A stretch of 64,000 nucleotides of DNA from an uncultured Nitrospirales bacterium. Its GTDB lineage: Bacteria > UBA10199 > JADGCS01. Positions 28,499 to 36,368 of the stretch are shown one piece after another. How positions within the stretch are numbered: position 1 is the first letter of the stretch; each line of letters opens with the position of its first letter. The position numbers were made by a program, and so were the translations under genes. The stretch covers positions 265,318 through 329,317 of the forward strand of contig CAZSTS010000001.1 in the NCBI GenBank assembly GCA_964609965.1, in the 5' to 3' direction. Under the pieces are notes generated by a model. The model saw nothing but the letters and a program-made list of their open reading frames with translations. It was not told the DNA's origin and searched no databases.

Positions 28499-28828
28499 AT
28501 GAAGAGACAATTTATTAAAAGCACCATTTTTGTATTATTTTTAATGATGATTTTGTTTTCAACAAAGGTTTATGCTGGCTGGTATGCCTATGGGAATCCT
28601 TATATGAACGAAAATGGAGCAATAATAGGTGGATCAGTAACTGTTGGTTATACTTGTCCTGGCGAAGAAGGTGAAAGCTTTAAAGATTACATTCACCGTG
28701 TTCTTGGCGGTAACGGTTTAGGTGATCCAGATATTCTTAATGGCGGAAATAATGGTGATGATGATGATGACGGCGGTGCTGATGGATGGGACACTGGCGG
28801 GCCTGGTGACGGTACTGGAGTTGCTTAA
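28499..28828 (+). CDS. Small secreted Gly/Asp-rich protein
   Basis: Signal peptide (FVLFLMMILFSTKVYA), RBS AAGGAG upstream, Gly/Asp-rich C-terminus. Confidence 0.45.
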   Translation: MKRQFIKSTIFVLFLMMILFSTKVYAGWYAYGNPYMNENGAIIGGSVTVGYTCPGEEGESFKDYIHRVLGGNGLGDPDILNGGNNGDDDDDGGADGWDTGGPGDGTGVA

Positions 28829-28835
28829 TCTACAC

Positions 28836-29810
28836 TCAATTCTCAATCTCGGTAATTTCTTCAAGAATTGGAATAATATAATCATATCTAAGTTTTTCAT
28901 ACTCACTAAATTCATATTCTAGGTTTTCTTTTACTTTTTCAATCAACTCAGGAGAACTTGAGGGATCAACTCCCTCATTTCCAAGTTCCTTTTTTCTATC
29001 TATTATCTTGCCACCTGCTTTATCTAAAGCTGTTAAAAAATCATCTATAAATGCATTGAGGTCTTCGGGATAACTGGCATGATCTTTTAAACTCTCTAAA
29101 ATAGTGGCCACAACGCCTATTTCTACTAACAACATGGGATGGTTTGAATAATCATGCAAAGCATCAACTGAAAAATTGATAACTTCAGTGAGATCACTCT
29201 TAGCAAGGTCAGTGGATTCAATTGAATTATAAAGACTTAAATGAAGTTTATACATTATTGAATGCTCTTTAAGCCTTGAAATCACCTTAGAATATTCTAA
29301 CCATTCAAATGGATCATCATATTCTGAAAATGAATACATGACACGCTTGGACAGTTCATCAAAATAGCGAGAGGAGCAATCTGTTTTCTTTAAAGACTTA
29401 ATCACGTCTTTAATTTTTTCTATACTATACAATGGTGGTTGTTTGGCATCTTCAGATTCAAGGCTAGGCACTGGAATGTTTTCTAACAATCTCAAACATT
29501 CTTTCCTATCTTTCTCTGCAAGTCTGAGCAGCTCTTTTAAAGGCATGGTTTTTATTGATTCTTCTGATTTAGTATTTTCTTCTTGTTTGATAGTATTTGA
29601 TTTTATGATTTTACTTGGATCTTTCTTGTCATTAATTTGCGATGAATCCTTTTCGGAGTTTGCTTTATTCCCAGAAATAGATGACACCTCTAAACTGTCT
29701 GTTTCATCAACAATTTCTTCGTAACTATTAAAATAGATATAGAGAAAAGAAATCAAAATTATAATAATCACTAATGTAATGTAGATATTTTTTGAAATGA
29801 GCTTTTTCAT
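28836..29810 (-). CDS. Membrane-anchored hypothetical protein
   Basis: N-terminal TM (IYITLVIIIILISFLYIYF), then a Lys/Glu/Ser-rich linker and a helical domain. Start set at MKKLISK. Confidence 0.5.
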   Translation of the reverse strand: MKKLISKNIYITLVIIIILISFLYIYFNSYEEIVDETDSLEVSSISGNKANSEKDSSQINDKKDPSKIIKSNTIKQEENTKSEESIKTMPLKELLRLAEKDRKECLRLLENIPVPSLESEDAKQPPLYSIEKIKDVIKSLKKTDCSSRYFDELSKRVMYSFSEYDDPFEWLEYSKVISRLKEHSIMYKLHLSLYNSIESTDLAKSDLTEVINFSVDALHDYSNHPMLLVEIGVVATILESLKDHASYPEDLNAFIDDFLTALDKAGGKIIDRKKELGNEGVDPSSSPELIEKVKENLEYEFSEYEKLRYDYIIPILEEITEIEN

Positions 29811-29822
29811 GAAAATAAAAAG

Positions 29823-29863
29823 AAAAATGACCTTGTCCACCTAGCGTGTCTAAGGTCATTTTT
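29823..29863 (-). terminator. Hairpin terminator downstream of the tRNA
   Basis: AAAAATGACCTT (29823-34) pairs with AAGGTCATTTTT (29852-63). T-runs follow on both strands. Confidence 0.65.
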
Positions 29864-29867
29864 ATTG

Positions 29868-29941
29868 TGGGCCCAGTTGGACTTGAACCAACGACCCGCC
29901 GGTTATGAGCCGGCTGCTCTAACCAACTGAGCTATGGGCCC
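29868..29941 (-). tRNA. tRNA with CAU anticodon (Met, or Ile2 if lysidine-modified); CCA not encoded
   Basis: Reverse complement reads GGGCCCATAGCTCAGTTGGTTAGAGCAGCCGGCTCATAACCGGCGGGTCGTTGGTTCAAGTCCAACTGGGCCCA. It forms a 7-bp acceptor stem and D, anticodon (CUCAUAA loop) and T arms. The T arm resembles E. coli tRNA-Ile2 as I recall it. Confidence 0.9.
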
Positions 29942-29951
29942 GAAAATTTAC
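29923..29951. repeat. 29-bp direct repeat, copy 1 (tRNA nt 1-19 plus 10 nt of 5' flank)
   Basis: CCAACTGAGCTATGGGCCCGAAAATTTAC is identical to 30160-30188. Confidence 0.95.
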
Positions 29952-30159
29952 GGAGGAAATTTTCCCTCCATTTTCAAATGCGATTTTCAAATATAAAATA
30001 AACTCAATAGCTGCTCGTCTTCGGCTTTGCTCCTGAACGTCGCTTGCCTCAGACCCACCTCAGATTGCTTTCGTTCGTTCGCTAGATCGCTTCTCTCACT
30101 TTTCCTCGCTCCTGCTCGGCGCAATCTTCGGCTCTCGTTCACTGGGCCGTTCACTCAAG

Positions 30160-30188
30160 CCAACTGAGCTATGGGCCCGAAAATTTAC
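30160..30188. repeat. 29-bp direct repeat, copy 2
   Basis: Identical to 29923-29951. Preceded by a 208-bp GC-rich segment (29952-30159). Confidence 0.95.
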
Positions 30189-30387
30189 ATCAATAAATTA
30201 GCTTAATTATGTAAGTAAATTCTCTTAAAAATGCAATTATTTACACAAGAATCTGATATTTATTAGGCTTTGCTAAATAAATTTGCTTTTCACAAACATC
30301 TAATATATGGGATTGCCCCAATGCATAAGTAATCTTTTTACTTAGGCTGGTAATTGAAAACTTAACCTTTTTAAACTCGAAAGAACT

Positions 30388-31113
30388 GTGAAAGATACAC
30401 TGATAAGCTTACTAAACCTGTCTGAAATCGATAAACAAATTCACTATATTCTCGATCAACAAAGAGAAATACCCATCATCAATCAAGAACTTAATTTCGA
30501 AATCAACACACTCGAAGAAGAAATAAACAAACTAAAAGGTGATGTGAATGAAGCAGAGACTCTAAAAAAGGACCTTTCGTCTTCTATTCAAATTAAGACT
30601 GAATGGATCAAAGATCGCGAAGAAAAAATAAACGAACTCAAGACACAAAAAGAATACCAAGCTGCTCAAAAAGAAATGACAGCAGCAAAAAAAGAAATCA
30701 AAGAAAAAGAAGCTCAACTGAATGAACTTGGCCCAAAACTTGAGTCCTTATCAACAGAATTTCTTACCACTTCAGAAAAAAATGAGCCAAAAATAGAAGA
30801 GCTTAAAAAAATCATTAGTGAAAATAACACTAAACTAAACTCCGTAAGTTCAAGCTTAGATGAGCAAAAGCAAAAGAAAGAAGAGATTCTAGCTACTATT
30901 ACTGATCAAAACACTCTTTTACATTACAATCACATCCTCAAACGTGCTGTCCCTGCACTATCAAAACTAGATCATGGCATTTGTACAGAATGTGGTACTC
31001 GCGTACTACCCAAAATAACAAACTTACTTAAAGTTGGCCAGTCAATACAATACTGCCCACGCTGTAAAAGAATTCTGTACCTCGAAGAGAATTTAGCCGC
31101 AGTAAATTCATAA
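30388..31113 (+). CDS. Coiled-coil / C4 zinc-ribbon protein (DUF164, CT398/HP0958-like)
   Basis: Long coiled coil, then CTECGTRV....YCPRCKRILY zinc ribbon. GTG start. Confidence 0.65.
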   Translation: MKDTLISLLNLSEIDKQIHYILDQQREIPIINQELNFEINTLEEEINKLKGDVNEAETLKKDLSSSIQIKTEWIKDREEKINELKTQKEYQAAQKEMTAAKKEIKEKEAQLNELGPKLESLSTEFLTTSEKNEPKIEELKKIISENNTKLNSVSSSLDEQKQKKEEILATITDQNTLLHYNHILKRAVPALSKLDHGICTECGTRVLPKITNLLKVGQSIQYCPRCKRILYLEENLAAVNS

Positions 31114-31180
31114 ACAAATTTCACTTAACCCTTAGTCTTAATAATGTTTTTGATATTTTATTGAGTGATTTCTTTGTGAC

Positions 31181-32125
31181 TTAATGAACCACAAAAGCAA
31201 GAGGATCTGTAGGAATACCGTCGACATGTACTTCGTAATGAAGATGAGGACCCGTGGTGTATCCAGTAGCACCAACTTCTGCGATGAGTTCACCTTTTTT
31301 GAGTCTTGTCCCTTTTTTGACATGAATTTTGTGCAGATGAGCATACATGCTGCTAATACCATAGCCATGTTGGATAACTAATGTTTTGCCATAACCTGAA
31401 CTACGGCCAGCATAAACAACCTTTCCACCAGCAGGCGCTTTTATGTGAGTCCCTGTTGGGCTTGCTATATCAACACCATTATGCATTTTATAATGGCGTC
31501 CAATGGGGTGTTTTCGAATACCAAAACCAGATGTAATCCATCCTTCGGTGGGGAGAGTGCTAGGTGTGGCGTTCACGTAATTGATTTTATCGCGATTCAA
31601 AGAATAAATTTCTTCGAGTTTTTTATTGATAGTCGAAACTTCATCCTTAAACCTATTTAATTTTCTGTTAAACTTATTAACTGTGAGTGATCCATTATCG
31701 GCAATCCAACTATCAATGACCTCTTCAGTAGCTACGGCATTTTCATCGTCAAAATCATCAGGTAAAGAAAAATCAAGATCTCCAATTGGGCCTGTACCAA
31801 ATCTTAAACTTTGAGGATCAATGTCCATGATTTCGCCTAAATGAGCAATACTATCGTCCATGAGAAATAGGTTCTTCTCTAACTTTGCCAACCTTCCAAT
31901 AAGAGCCTCTCTATTTTCGATGAGCTTTTGGTTCTCATAGTTATTACGCTTTAGAGCTATGACTTTGTTTTGATAGTTAATTGTAGACAGTACTGCTACA
32001 AAAAATAATGGAATAGATAAGATAAAGGTGATCATCAAGACCTTGAGAGTAAATCCCGAAACCTTAAAAGTTCGAGTTTTATTCTTATCTTTTGGGACAA
32101 AAATAATGTGATAGTCTTTAAACAT
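31181..32125 (-). CDS. M23 family peptidoglycan metalloendopeptidase
   Basis: HNGVDIASPTGTHIKAPAGGKVVYAG...GYGKTLVIQHG....SMYAHL....GATGYTTGPHLHYEV. N-terminal TM and coiled coil. Confidence 0.9.
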   Translation of the reverse strand: MFKDYHIIFVPKDKNKTRTFKVSGFTLKVLMITFILSIPLFFVAVLSTINYQNKVIALKRNNYENQKLIENREALIGRLAKLEKNLFLMDDSIAHLGEIMDIDPQSLRFGTGPIGDLDFSLPDDFDDENAVATEEVIDSWIADNGSLTVNKFNRKLNRFKDEVSTINKKLEEIYSLNRDKINYVNATPSTLPTEGWITSGFGIRKHPIGRHYKMHNGVDIASPTGTHIKAPAGGKVVYAGRSSGYGKTLVIQHGYGISSMYAHLHKIHVKKGTRLKKGELIAEVGATGYTTGPHLHYEVHVDGIPTDPLAFVVH

Positions 32126-32205
32126 ATATATTATAGGTATCGGTCAAATTAACCAAATGTTGCCAATCTTTGTAACCGCTTGATTTCGTTAACATATTGC
32201 TTTGT

Positions 32206-32958
32206 CTACACTTTGCAAACAATGACAGTAATGTTATCGTCGCCTCCTTTTTCATTGGCACTCTTGATTAGTTCTTGGCAGGATTTTATGACGTCGTTCT
32301 TCGTGACGACACCTTGGATATCCTGATCGTCTAACATATTAGTCAAACCATCTGAACAAAGCATAAGTTTATCGTTGTCTTGTAGCTCAACTTTACTCAC
32401 ATCAATCTCAACCTCTTCTTGGTATCCCACTGAACGTGTAATGATGTTTTTGAGTTTGTGTTTGCGAGCATCAATCTCCGAAATGAGACCAGCCTGCATT
32501 TGTTCTGATACTAAAGAATGATCACGGGTAAGCTGTTTGATAGTATCACCACGTATGAGATAAACCCTGGAATCACCAACATTTGCCACATAGGCTAGCT
32601 TATCTTCAATAATCACCGATGTAATTGTAGTGCCCATGCCCTTGAGATCGGGATCATACAAGGCTTGATCAAAAATCTTTTGGCCTGCCACCTCAATAGC
32701 GTATTTTAAACGGTCGCCGTATTCTGTTTCTTCGGAATTAACGCCTGATATTACTGTAGCTTCTGGGTCAGTATTCATTGAGGCTATCACTTCTTCGATA
32801 GTGGCTACAGCCAAGCGAGAGGCATATTCACCTCCAGAATGACCACCCATTCCATCAGCAACAACATAGAGATTGAGGTCTCCGCTCACAAGAAAGCTGT
32901 CTTCGTTGCGAGTGCGTTTTTTTCCAACATCTGTTAGTCCGTAAGCTTCTATTTTCAT
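32206..32958 (-). CDS. PP2C-family Ser/Thr protein phosphatase
   Basis: GLTDVGKKRTRNEDSF...VVADGMGGHSGGEYAS...CSDGL...GGDDNITVIV. Confidence 0.9.
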   Translation of the reverse strand: MKIEAYGLTDVGKKRTRNEDSFLVSGDLNLYVVADGMGGHSGGEYASRLAVATIEEVIASMNTDPEATVISGVNSEETEYGDRLKYAIEVAGQKIFDQALYDPDLKGMGTTITSVIIEDKLAYVANVGDSRVYLIRGDTIKQLTRDHSLVSEQMQAGLISEIDARKHKLKNIITRSVGYQEEVEIDVSKVELQDNDKLMLCSDGLTNMLDDQDIQGVVTKNDVIKSCQELIKSANEKGGDDNITVIVCKV

Positions 32959-33094
32959 AACTGAAATCCTTATAGACAGACTGATCGATTTGCGTCAATA
33001 ACTATTAATCGAAATTTATCAAAAAAAACAACCGACTAAATGAATGACCCCCCAGCACCCCAAGGGGTGGAGAAACAAACCCAGATTGTGGGAA

Positions 33095-34441
33095 TCATGA
33101 AATCCCGCTAATATTTGATTGATTCACCAGCAAAGACACCCCACCGTGGCTTCCATAAAATTTTTGATCATTTCCAACAGAAGCCACATCCTTTAAAAGA
33201 CGATGAAGATTATCTGTGAGAACCATATTACGCACAGCATGACCAACTTTACCAGAATCAATTTTTAGGCCTTGAATCCCTACTGAGATTTCACCTGAGA
33301 CTGTGTTTGCGGTATGTGCCCCAATCACCTTTGTGATGAGGATTCCTTGGTTTAGCTCTGAAACCAGGTCTTCTAAACTTTGATCTCCTGGTTCAAGATA
33401 GAAATTATAATTAGAAATAGCAGGTAAAGATATCATATTATTCTTTTTGGAATGACCTGTGTTTTCTTTACTTAATCGATTTGCCCAATAAAGATTATAT
33501 AGAAATCCTTTAAGAACACCTTGATCAACAAGCTCTGTTTTTTTGGTCAAACAACCCTCATCATCGAACAAAGTGCTGCCCACACGACCCATAAGCGTAG
33601 GGTCATCTACTAGACTAATCTGTTTTGCATAGATCGACTTACCTAATTGTCCTTCAAAGCTGGAATTATGATTAAACACATTATTTGCATAAAAACTAGG
33701 TGCCAAAGACTTCATAAGAGTTGAAACAACATTACTGCGCAAAATGATTGGCCCTGAATAATTGGCAAGCGTTTTCCCCCCTAGTAATTCCAAGGCATCC
33801 TCTATCGTCGTTTTAGCAAGTTGAGTATTATTAATTTTATTAAATGAAACCTGAGAATCTGAATCATAAGCTATTTCTTGTGTTTGGTTTTGATCAACAA
33901 CAACCATGACACTAGAATTATACAGGGTTCGAGTTTGAAAACGATCAAGCCCGTTCGAATTGATAATGAGCGTTGATTCTTGTTCATCTTCAAGTGAGAC
34001 ATCAGTTATGAGCTTAACTTGTGAACATGAATTCACTGCTTCTTGATTCAATTGATTAAGAAAGTCGTATTTTTGATCAAGTGTGATCTTCTGAAAATCT
34101 GAATCAAAATCTACTGGCTTTTGATAAGAATGGCTCTCTAAAGAAAAGGCATGATTCTTGTCCTGTGAATAATGAGGCAAAGAATCAATACAGAGTTTAA
34201 TCACATGGTCTATAGCCGAATTTGAAAAATCTGTTCCATAGGAAAAAGCCATTTGCTCATTCTTCAATATACGTAAACTAAATCCCAATGAATCCTTTTT
34301 TTCATAGGTTTCTTTTTTGCCTGATTTGAGATTAATATTTGTGCCCTGCTTTGATTTTAAATAAATCTCAAAATCTATGTCCTTATTTTTATTTAATCGC
34401 TCTTTGATGCCCTGAGCTAGATTGTTAAGCCTTTCTTGCAT
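33095..34441 (-). CDS. TldD/PmbA family metalloprotease
   Basis: 448 aa. The C-terminal text (FDDEG...., GAHTANTVSGEISVGIQGLKIDSGK) is typical of the PmbA/TldD fold. Confidence 0.75.
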   Translation of the reverse strand: MQERLNNLAQGIKERLNKNKDIDFEIYLKSKQGTNINLKSGKKETYEKKDSLGFSLRILKNEQMAFSYGTDFSNSAIDHVIKLCIDSLPHYSQDKNHAFSLESHSYQKPVDFDSDFQKITLDQKYDFLNQLNQEAVNSCSQVKLITDVSLEDEQESTLIINSNGLDRFQTRTLYNSSVMVVVDQNQTQEIAYDSDSQVSFNKINNTQLAKTTIEDALELLGGKTLANYSGPIILRSNVVSTLMKSLAPSFYANNVFNHNSSFEGQLGKSIYAKQISLVDDPTLMGRVGSTLFDDEGCLTKKTELVDQGVLKGFLYNLYWANRLSKENTGHSKKNNMISLPAISNYNFYLEPGDQSLEDLVSELNQGILITKVIGAHTANTVSGEISVGIQGLKIDSGKVGHAVRNMVLTDNLHRLLKDVASVGNDQKFYGSHGGVSLLVNQSNISGIS

Positions 34442-34519
34442 GCGATATTTTTAATATATGTCATGCAAAATACAAAGGATTTTTATTTTCCGTTGACATC
34501 ACGCCTCCTTTCCTGTTTT

Positions 34520-34705
34520 GCATGCGCCCATCAGGTTCCAATGGATTAAAAGGGAAGTTGGTGCAAATCCAACACGGTCCCGCCGCTGTAAGTGGGGATT
34601 GTGATAGCCACAATGTCACTGCTTATCGAAACAGATAAGTGGGAAGGCGCTAGCCACAAGGTGATCCACAAGTCAGAAGACCTACCTGCTTGCCACGCCG
34701 TAGTC
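34520..34705 (+). promoter_or_regulatory. Cobalamin (B12) riboswitch
   Basis: AAAAGGGAAGTTGGTGCAAATCCAACACGGTCCCGCCGCTGTAAGTGGGGA core, GTCACTG...GGGAAGGCG, and B12 box AAGTCAGAAGACCTACCTGC. A GTCAGC-CTGG-GCTGAC hairpin follows. Confidence 0.85.
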
Positions 34706-34826
34706 AGCCTGGGCTGACGAAGGCGGGTAATAAATTGCGAGGACAAAATGTTTTACTCTTCTTATGCTCATCCCATAAACAGATTAAATCCATCTCGTCC
34801 TCTAATACATTAACACTTTCAGTTTT

Positions 34827-34861
34827 ACGCTAGACTCTAAACGCTAGACTCTAGACGCTAA
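34827..34861. repeat. Tandem 14-nt repeat (ACGCTAGACTCTAA x2.5) in the riboswitch-to-ATG leader
   Basis: Read directly. TAG/TAA recurs every 7 nt. Confidence 0.85.
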
Positions 34862-34878
34862 ATTGTACGGAGGATACT

Positions 34879-36102
34879 ATGAAAAAAACATTTCTATTAC
34901 TAATAATCATTTCTCTCATCTCTTGTGGTCAAGTCACTTACGACACAGCTCAAAATGACACTGTAGAAAATACCGATGAATCTATCAGCGTCGAAGAGCC
35001 AAATCTCATACGCATGTTTGCCTTTGCCACAGATTATGTCTCGAGCGGACAACTTTACACTGCTACCTATGATAACACTTCTACAACCCTCGAAAATACG
35101 GGACTCACACTCTTAGGCACAGAAGCCAGAGTCAAACTCTATGCTAGTCTTCTCTATATCTTGCATGCAGGCGGTGCCTTTAATTCAATCAGCACAGACA
35201 ATCTTCAAATTGTGAATCCTTATGATGACGATGAACCTTTTATAACACTTGCCCAATACTCAACGGGTAATGGAACAAACCCACAAGACGTAGTGATCAG
35301 CGGCAAGAGAGCCTTTATCTCTCTTTATAATCCTGCAAATGATTCCGAGAATGTAACAAACGAAGGTCTCCCTGGTGACGTGATTGAGATGGACACAACA
35401 GATGGTTCTATTGTTCACCGGCATTCTTTCCAAAACTATCTCCAAGCTGATGGCGATCTCAATGCCAATGCTGCCCGCATGGCAATTTATGGCAATGTAC
35501 TTTATGTTTGTCTGCAAGATCTTGAGTCTAACACATTCTCAGCCACAGCCCCTGGACTCATTGGCATGATTAATATTTTAGATAATGAAGTCATTGGAGT
35601 GATTACGCTCCAAAGCCGAAACCCCTATGACATGGCCTTGAGCATTGATGAAAAGCGCCTTTATATCACCTCTACTTATAATTACTTTTACGACGGGACT
35701 TTTGGTGGACTCGAAATCATTGATCTCGAAACGCAAACTTCGGAACTTTTTATCCCTGATAGTGAATTTGGTGGATACATCGAACGTGTTGTCACTGCAG
35801 ATGATCAAGCCTTTGCTGTTGTCTCACTTTTTGATATGATGACCTTCACATTTCAATCAAAGCTTATCAATTTTCCTACAGCTATTGAAGCGGGCTCTGA
35901 ATCAGCTGACTTCGAAGACTTTGGGACTGATATCCGAGATATTTTCTATCAAGATGATCATCTTTGGGTGAGCTACCGTGTGATCAGCACCGAAGAAGGT
36001 GACAGCGATCCCATGATCAAACTCTTTGATCTCACAACAAACACACAAGTGGGTGATACACTTTACCCTGTGGTCACTGCTATTTCGATTGCAGGGAATT
36101 GA
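34879..36102 (+). CDS. Lipoprotein, probable beta-propeller (YncE/BtuG-like shape), B12-riboswitch controlled
   Basis: Lipobox LISC. Repeated blade-like texts (LYILHAG.., AFISLYNP.., LYVCLQD.., LYITSTY.., AFAVVSL.., LWVSYRV..). First gene after the riboswitch. Confidence 0.55.
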   Translation: MKKTFLLLIIISLISCGQVTYDTAQNDTVENTDESISVEEPNLIRMFAFATDYVSSGQLYTATYDNTSTTLENTGLTLLGTEARVKLYASLLYILHAGGAFNSISTDNLQIVNPYDDDEPFITLAQYSTGNGTNPQDVVISGKRAFISLYNPANDSENVTNEGLPGDVIEMDTTDGSIVHRHSFQNYLQADGDLNANAARMAIYGNVLYVCLQDLESNTFSATAPGLIGMINILDNEVIGVITLQSRNPYDMALSIDEKRLYITSTYNYFYDGTFGGLEIIDLETQTSELFIPDSEFGGYIERVVTADDQAFAVVSLFDMMTFTFQSKLINFPTAIEAGSESADFEDFGTDIRDIFYQDDHLWVSYRVISTEEGDSDPMIKLFDLTTNTQVGDTLYPVVTAISIAGN

Positions 36103-36111
36103 TCTATTTCT

Positions 36112-36199
36112 GATACTTGATGCTAGATGTCAGATGCCGGACAAAAATCAGACATCTGGCATCCAGTATCTAGCATCTGAGAACCTGTAACCTGTACCA
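36112..36199. repeat. Heptad-phased pseudo-repeat forming a long imperfect hairpin
   Basis: GATACTT/GATGCTA/GATGTCA/GATGCCG ... GACATCT/GGCATCC/AGTATCT/AGCATCT. 36119-36138 is about 16/20 complementary to 36158-36177. Starts 10 nt after the stop codon. Confidence 0.8.
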
Positions 36200-36368
36200 A
36201 AAAGTATCCCCCTGTTAACCCAAATCATACTACCCTCCCCTACATCAAAATAGTGTTCATTTTACAGGTCCACTATAAAAATAATATAATATAATATAGA
36301 GTCGATTTTGTCTGGGGCAATAAGAGTGTCTTACAATTTATCGTGAGGAAATTTAAAGCGAGGGGTGT

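Noticed and set aside
29868-30188. Genomic island integrated at the tRNA
   Set aside because: The duplicated segment brackets only 208 bp with no ORF or integrase, and it duplicates the tRNA 5' side rather than the 3' side. I kept it as an oddity, not as an island call.
34546-34746. 66-aa minus-strand ORF in the track
   Set aside because: It lies entirely inside the cobalamin riboswitch, and its open frame is explained by the GC-rich structured RNA.
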